This document shows, in pieces, positions 58,629-64,000 of a stretch of 64,000 nt of DNA. Source of the stretch: Candidatus Doudnabacteria bacterium. Its GTDB lineage: Bacteria > Patescibacteriota > Doudnabacteria > UBA920. The position numbers and the translations under genes are program-made. The notes under the pieces are model-generated. The model was not told the DNA's origin. It made no database searches and saw only the letters and a program-made list of their open reading frames with translations. The stretch lies in assembly GCA_963788395.1 (NCBI GenBank), contig CAWBGV010000031.1:73094-137093 (forward strand), in the 5' to 3' direction. How positions within the stretch are numbered: the first letter of the stretch is position 1; every line of letters begins with the position of its first letter.

Positions 58629-59375
58629 ATGAATAAAAATATCACCATCAACAAGAATAACCATGATTTTCCGGCTTATTTGAGCTATCCCGAAAATCCG
58701 GGCAAGACGCCTGCCATAATTTTAATCCACGAAATTTGGGGACTAACTGACCATATTAAAGACGTAGCTAACCGATTGACCAAAGAAGGCTATGCAGTTT
58801 TGGCTCCGGATTTACTTTCTGGTACGGGTGTAACTGACAAAATCGACCAAGGTATCATGAAAGAAATAGCTGATCCGGCCACTCGCGACGAAGCCCAAAA
58901 AAAGATGCGCGAAGCTTTAACGCCTATCCATTCCCCGGAATTTGCCAAAGAAACTTTGGATAAATTGCAAGTATGCTTTGATTATTTATTGGAAGATGAT
59001 AGGGCGAGTGAACAAATTGGAGTAATCGGGTTTTGTTTGGGGGGTACCTATGCGTTTGACTTGGCAGTAAATCAGCCATCATTGGCTCTAGCCATAGCTT
59101 TTTATGGCCATGCTCCGTTGGAAGAACAAAAGTTGGCGAAAATTAATTGTCCGGTCTTGGCTTTTTACGGTGAAAAAGACGAGCGGCTTATGGCTCAAGT
59201 GCCGGAATTGGAAAAAACCATGAATAGATTGGAAAAAGATTATGATTTTGTGGTCTATCCGAATACTGGCCATGCTTTTTTTAACGATACTAATCCGGTG
59301 ACCTATAATCAAGAAGCGGCAGAAGATGCCTGGGCTATGGTCTTGGCGTTTTTAAAAGAGCATTTTGAGGTTTGA
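58629..59375 (+). CDS. Dienelactone hydrolase family protein
   Basis: 248 aa: PAIILIHEIWG, nucleophile GFCLGG, and C-terminal Asp and His. Confidence 0.85.
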   Translation: MNKNITINKNNHDFPAYLSYPENPGKTPAIILIHEIWGLTDHIKDVANRLTKEGYAVLAPDLLSGTGVTDKIDQGIMKEIADPATRDEAQKKMREALTPIHSPEFAKETLDKLQVCFDYLLEDDRASEQIGVIGFCLGGTYAFDLAVNQPSLALAIAFYGHAPLEEQKLAKINCPVLAFYGEKDERLMAQVPELEKTMNRLEKDYDFVVYPNTGHAFFNDTNPVTYNQEAAEDAWAMVLAFLKEHFEV

Positions 59376-59437
59376 TTTTTAGCCCACAATCCGGTGGCTT
59401 GATTTGTGTTTTGGGTATATACTGGAAGGGTAAATGT

Positions 59438-59614
59438 ATGTTACCCCACGACGATAATTCGGAGGGCGAAGAGCTTAGCGATGAGCAGCGTCTCCAGCAG
59501 GACGAACAAGGCCTAAAAGCTGAGTTGGCGGAAGAATTGTTGAATGGTAATACCGATGATGCTATCCACCGCATGGAAGATCTGGGACTGACCACGGACG
59601 ACCTGGACTTGTAA
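59438..59614 (+). CDS. Small acidic protein (hypothetical)
   Basis: 58 aa, very Asp/Glu-rich. Confidence 0.25.
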   Translation: MLPHDDNSEGEELSDEQRLQQDEQGLKAELAEELLNGNTDDAIHRMEDLGLTTDDLDL

Positions 59615-59688
59615 GCTCAAGCTGTAACTTGCCGATACAGTAACCGGCTTGTTTTCGTACTTTGTCTTTATAAATCCAAAACTCTAAT

Positions 59689-59714
59689 CCGGCTTTTAAA
59701 TAAGCCGGTTTTTT
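59689..59714 (+). terminator. Rho-independent terminator
   Basis: CCGGCTT-TTAAAT-AAGCCGG followed by TTTTTT. Confidence 0.7.
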
Positions 59715-59933
59715 GTTATGGTATAAATGTACGTGCTAGTGTACATAAAAAATATTTTTTATTGATTTGTGGATAAAAATATTAAATTTGATTAAGAAGT
59801 TGGACATTTTTATAAAACTTATCCACTTTTTTAGAATATTATTATTAAATATTTAAATATTTTTAGGCTGCAGTATTGTATGCTTAAAAAACCAACCTAG
59901 TCTAAAAATTAAGAGAGTCATAAAAAGCATTAT

Positions 59934-60293
59934 ATGAATCAAAAACAAAAAATCTGGTTAGTCATTTTTGCAAGTTTGTTTTTAGTTCCGGAAATTCTTT
60001 GGAGCCCGGTAGGCAATTTTGTTTACTCTTTGGCGATGCCATTAAAAAATGGGGGCGCTCAGACTTTGCGACCCAATTTTTTACTTGATGGTGCCAATGC
60101 CAATGTATATAGTACTATTTTGGGTCTTCAATTAGCAGGAATACTGCTGGTTATTATATTTTTAATATACAATCGTAAAGTTTTCAAAAACAAAATAGTA
60201 TTATGGTTTGGATGCCTTATATTAGTTTGTTTTGCAGCAGCAGTTTTTTATCTGTTTGGTTTTTCTATTACCTTACGACACATAGGATTCTAA
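59934..60293 (+). CDS. Membrane protein (hypothetical, 3-4 transmembrane helices)
   Basis: 119 aa, hydrophobic. Confidence 0.35.
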   Translation: MNQKQKIWLVIFASLFLVPEILWSPVGNFVYSLAMPLKNGGAQTLRPNFLLDGANANVYSTILGLQLAGILLVIIFLIYNRKVFKNKIVLWFGCLILVCFAAAVFYLFGFSITLRHIGF

Positions 60294-60481
60294 TTTTTAG
60301 AGTAATAAATTTTAGTTACCTCCTTTATTTTTGAGCATTAGTGCCCAGTCGAGGCATTGTCATTGCGAGGAGGCAGGAAGCTAAGGCTGATACTTGAGCA
60401 GTATGGCCAAAGAGCGTTTTTGTTGTGGCCAAAATCGGCCAAGCCCAGTTATTTGTAAGCATAAAAATTAATTTTAAAAGT

Positions 60482-63192
60482 ATGAAAAAGATCTTCTTAT
60501 GTTTTAGTGCGATTATGCTTGCGGTTATACCGCTTGCGACGCAAGCGGCGGCTATCGCCCCCTATCATTATTTAAAAATCATAACAAATACTTTGGGTGG
60601 TGACGGGACTTTTATGTTTACTGTCGCGAATTATGAATTATCAGAAAGTTTTTCTAATTCTATCGATATCAGCACGCAGAGTGGCACCGGCCAGTATACA
60701 TATAGTCCGCCAAATGTTGGTTCGGGGAACCACTACTTTTTTACCGAAAGTTTACAGCCAGGATGGAGTAGGCAGGGTATTGTATGCACCAATGATCAAA
60801 ACGGTCCGGTGGGTTTGCCCTTAAACGGCGGCATGGTGCTTCCGTACTATTCCTATACCACCACTACCTGTATAGTTACAAACCAAAAAACTGCAACTCT
60901 GAACCCGATATTGATTGTGCCGGGGATCATGGGCACGGAAATAGACAAAGGGACTGAATTATTATGGCCGGATCTGGCCAGAATGGCGAACCCGTTTCAT
61001 TCCGATGATTTTATGGACCCTTTGTCTTATCAGTCTAACGGGCTCCCTGTGGATACAAGCTTAAGTATTGGCAGTGTCTTAACAAATCCTGATCAGGTTT
61101 TTGATTACTCCGAAAAGTTACAAAGCGATCTTATTGCGGCAGGGTATGTCCAGGGTCTAAATCTTTTTACCTTTCCCTACGATTGGCGGCGGGATATTCA
61201 GCAAGTTGCTGAGCAGGATGATCCTCAAATGCTCAACCCCAGTTTGCGGCAAACCATAGACAATATTTTAGCCTCTACTGGAGCGCAAAAAATTAGTATT
61301 ATAGCCCATAGCCAGGGTGGGTTGGTTGTTAAGCGGTTGTTAATGGACGTTCCGCAATACCAAAGTAAAATAGATAAATTGGTGTTTGTAGGCGTCCCAA
61401 ATTTAGGCGCGCCCAAGGCCGCCAAAGTTTTGCTTTATGGCGACGATATGGACGTAAATTTTGCAGGTTTGGGATTAGATCCGCTGGAAGTCCAAAAAAT
61501 CGCGCAAAATATGCCGGCAGTCTATCAGTTGTTACCCGGTTCAGAATATTTTAATCACGCCGCCGGGTACATCGCCAAAGGCCAGCCGGTGAGTCCGGAC
61601 ATTCCTGTGCTACACATTACCAATTTGAGTGCCACAGCTACCGTTGAATATTTGAAAGATCAAAATTTAAACAGCGCCTTGATTGATGACGCTAATAACT
61701 TCCATTCCGAAAGTTTTGATAATTTCGACTTGAGCACTACCGGTATCACCGCATATAACATTGTAGGCTGCCAGGCCGGGACTTTAGGAAAAATAATTAG
61801 CAAGCCCGATGGAGATTATAATCTACAGATTGTGGCGGGGGACGGAACCGTTCCGCTGATTTCTGGCGTTCATATTCCCGGGGCGGCAACCTATTATGCT
61901 CTGCAATCCAGCCACGGGCTAATGCTAACTCAGGATGGCATTCGTAAACTAATAGTTAATGTCATGACCGGTGGCGTGGCTGCCAATAACAGCAATATTA
62001 GCCAGAACATTTCCGATTGCAAATTTAACGGTACTGCGGTTTCCGCCCATAGCCCGGTACGTTTAGATGTCTACGACAGCCAGGGACGGCACCTTGGCCC
62101 CGTCTCCGGCGGGTTTGATTCCCAAATTCCCAATGCCGATTACGAAACCATAGGCCACGACAGTTTCGCCTATTTGCCGGACGGGGGAATATATACGGTT
62201 CAGCTCACCGCCACTGGAGCCGGAAATTTCAGTTTTGACGCTTCCATATTCAGGATGGTCAAGTCATCAGTACGGCCTACTATGACCACGTACCAATTAC
62301 GGCCAGTTCAACTGCCCAAATTAATTTAAATTCGGAGAATAACCAGACGATTCAGTTAGATATCAACGGAGACGGAGTAGTTGATAAATCGATTGCACCT
62401 TCGGCCGAACTGGATGCTAATCAGTCGCAGGATACCGCGCCTCCGGTTACCGCCGCGGTCCTGAGCGGCACGCAGGGGCAGACAGGGTTTTTCCGGAGCG
62501 CGGTAAACCTACTGTTTACGGCGCACGATCCGGTGGTTGCGGGATTAGAAGGCCAGACCTCCGGGGTCCTGGCCACAAGATATAATTTAGATGGCGGCGG
62601 TGACCAAACATACAGTTCTTCTCCACCGGTGATAGTAACCGCCGAAGGTAATCACACCGTTACTTTTTTTTCGACCGACCGGGCCGGCAATAACGAGCCG
62701 ATACAATCAATTCAATTTGTTATTGATAAGACCCCGCCGGAAGCCGAAGTAACATTTGACCCTCTCAAAAAAGATATTGTCTTTAGCGGCCTTGATAATC
62801 TCTCCACCTCGTCAGGTATGACTATACAGGATGCCGATGATCTCGTAGTTTTAACCGATCAAGCCGGAAACACCACCACCCTGACCCTGAAAGACAAAGA
62901 CCGAAAACGCTCGCTGAAAGCAGAAATAAAATCGCTAGCATATAATGGCCAAGCCGTTGATTTGAGTAAGAATCTTCTGCATTTTGATTGGTTGTTCAAC
63001 GCCAAAGGTATCTTACAAAGGTTAAATCAGCAAGTCGAGTCTAAAAAAGGTTTAAACGCGCTGGCACTGTATACGCTGGGAAAAACATTAATTACCGGGA
63101 AAGATGCCGCAGGCCAGGTTAATCAAATTTTAGACGGTTTAGTTTTGCTTAAAATTGTAACCAATAAAGGTGATTTGTGGTGGAAATATTAG
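60482..63192 (+). CDS. Large secreted lipase/esterase (LCAT/PGAP1-like alpha/beta hydrolase) with C-terminal Ig-like repeat domains, 1-nt frameshift near 62250
   Basis: Signal peptide MKKIFLCFSAIMLAVIPLATQAAA, an N-terminal beta-rich domain, the lipase core with the nucleophile elbow ISIIAHSQGG, then ...GNFSFDASIF | QDGQVISTAYYDHVPI... and repeated ...DRAGNNEP...TPPEAEV Ig-like modules through to 63192. Confidence 0.7.
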
Positions 63193-63290
63193 CAGAAGCT
63201 ACAAAGACGTCCGTGACCAAAAGTTCGGAACTTAACTTAACTTGTTCGCTTAAAGGTCGAAAATTTATTATTAATACAATTTTACTTTGT

Positions 63291-63521
63291 ATGCCAGAAC
63301 CACATACCCCTCCAGTTTTTTCCAGAAACCTAAAAGCCGGCGCTAAAACATTTTATTTTGACGTCCGGACTTCTAAGAACGGAAAAAATTATGTTGCCAT
63401 TACCGAGCTGCGCACCGCGGCCGATGGCCAAAAAGTTCGCAACAGCCTATCGATTTTCCAGGAGCAATTGGCTGAGTTCACTCAAGCTCTGGAAGAAACC
63501 GTTGAAAAAGCCAAACAGTAA
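63291..63521 (+). CDS. Pur-alpha-like nucleic-acid-binding protein (DUF3276 family)
   Basis: MPEPHTPPVFSRNLKAGAKTFYFDVRTSKNGKNYVAITELRTAADGQKVRNSLSIFQEQLAEFTQALEE matches a single PUR repeat. Confidence 0.55.
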   Translation: MPEPHTPPVFSRNLKAGAKTFYFDVRTSKNGKNYVAITELRTAADGQKVRNSLSIFQEQLAEFTQALEETVEKAKQ

Positions 63522-63526
63522 AGTTT

Positions 63527-63565
63527 TTGCAAGGTCTCCTTTGGATACCCTGAGGAGACCTTGCT
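63527..63565 (+). terminator. Hairpin after the Pur-alpha-like gene
   Basis: GCAAGGTCTCC-(loop)-GGAGACCTTGC 11-bp stem with a weak T-tail. Confidence 0.4.
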
Positions 63566-63620
63566 AAAATCGGCCGCCCGTTACCGTGCCTGATTTTTTT
63601 GTTTGTTATATAATAAAGAC

Positions 63621-64000
63621 ATGAGCCGTTTGAACCAGTTACAATTAGAGTTAAAAAGTTTAGCAGACCGGAAAAAAGGCTGCCGGTTTGGCTTGGTTTT
63701 TTAAAACTGGCAAAGGACAGTACGGCGAAGGCGACAAGTTTTTAGGCATTACTGTGCCGGCCCAGCGGCTGGTGGCGAGACGTTACTTGCTACTTAGTTT
63801 AAAAGAAATTGAAGCGTTGTTAAAAAATAAATATCACGAATTTCGTTTGACGGGTTTAATAATATTGACCGAGCAATTTAAACGCGGAGATGAAAAAGCC
63901 CGGTACCCGAATTTTTAAGTTTTATGTAGCCCAGGCACCGCACGATGTTTCGATCGAGCAGCGAATTCATTTTGGCGATAATGCGGGCGGGACGGCCGCG
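63621..64000 (+). CDS. DNA alkylation repair protein (AlkC/AlkD-like HEAT-repeat glycosylase), frameshifted, 3' end beyond the window
   Basis: MSRLNQLQLELKSLADRKK | AAGLAWFFKTGKGQYGEGDKFLGITVPAQRLVARRY... The break is at an A6 run (63672-63677), and a further frame change is likely near 63910. Confidence 0.5.

Overview
This 64-kb window is bacterial chromosome (about 47-50% G+C by eye, Shine-Dalgarno sites present) that mixes core metabolism with accessory material.

Core blocks:
- A lower-glycolysis/C3 block: glycerate 2-kinase, D-2-hydroxyacid dehydrogenase, enolase, pyruvate kinase, PEP synthase, with type II glutamine synthetase adjacent.
- A PadR-PspC-ABC envelope-stress module and an ABC-F ATPase.
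- A complete de novo purine operon on the minus strand (purSL-purQ-[four-helix-bundle insert]-purF-purN-purD-purK-purE-purM-purC-purB), with purH on the other strand.
- An isoprenoid pair (type-1 IPP isomerase plus a polyprenyl synthase) next to a two-component system and a CYTH protein.
- An extracytoplasmic redox module (MsrB plus a DipZ-like CcdA-thioredoxin fusion) and an endonuclease-Q-like PHP protein.

Accessory material:
- An AT-rich island of about 6 kb (18.5-24.7 kb) carries a large serine recombinase, a HigB/HigA pair, a G+C-rich trypsin-like protease and a degenerate SLOG/LOG-like gene.
- Elsewhere there is a Phd/RelE pair, RadC, a NERD protein, a large secreted lipase and a Pur-alpha-like protein.

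The most pervasive signal is that at least 25 reading-frame breaks split about 16 genes, and every one I resolved sits on a homopolymer run (A4-8, T4, G4-5, C3-4), while other long genes, including the 2.9-kb purSL, are intact. Many ORF-track entries are therefore fragments of single genes, and I report merged coordinates. No rRNA, tRNA or CRISPR arrays were found.
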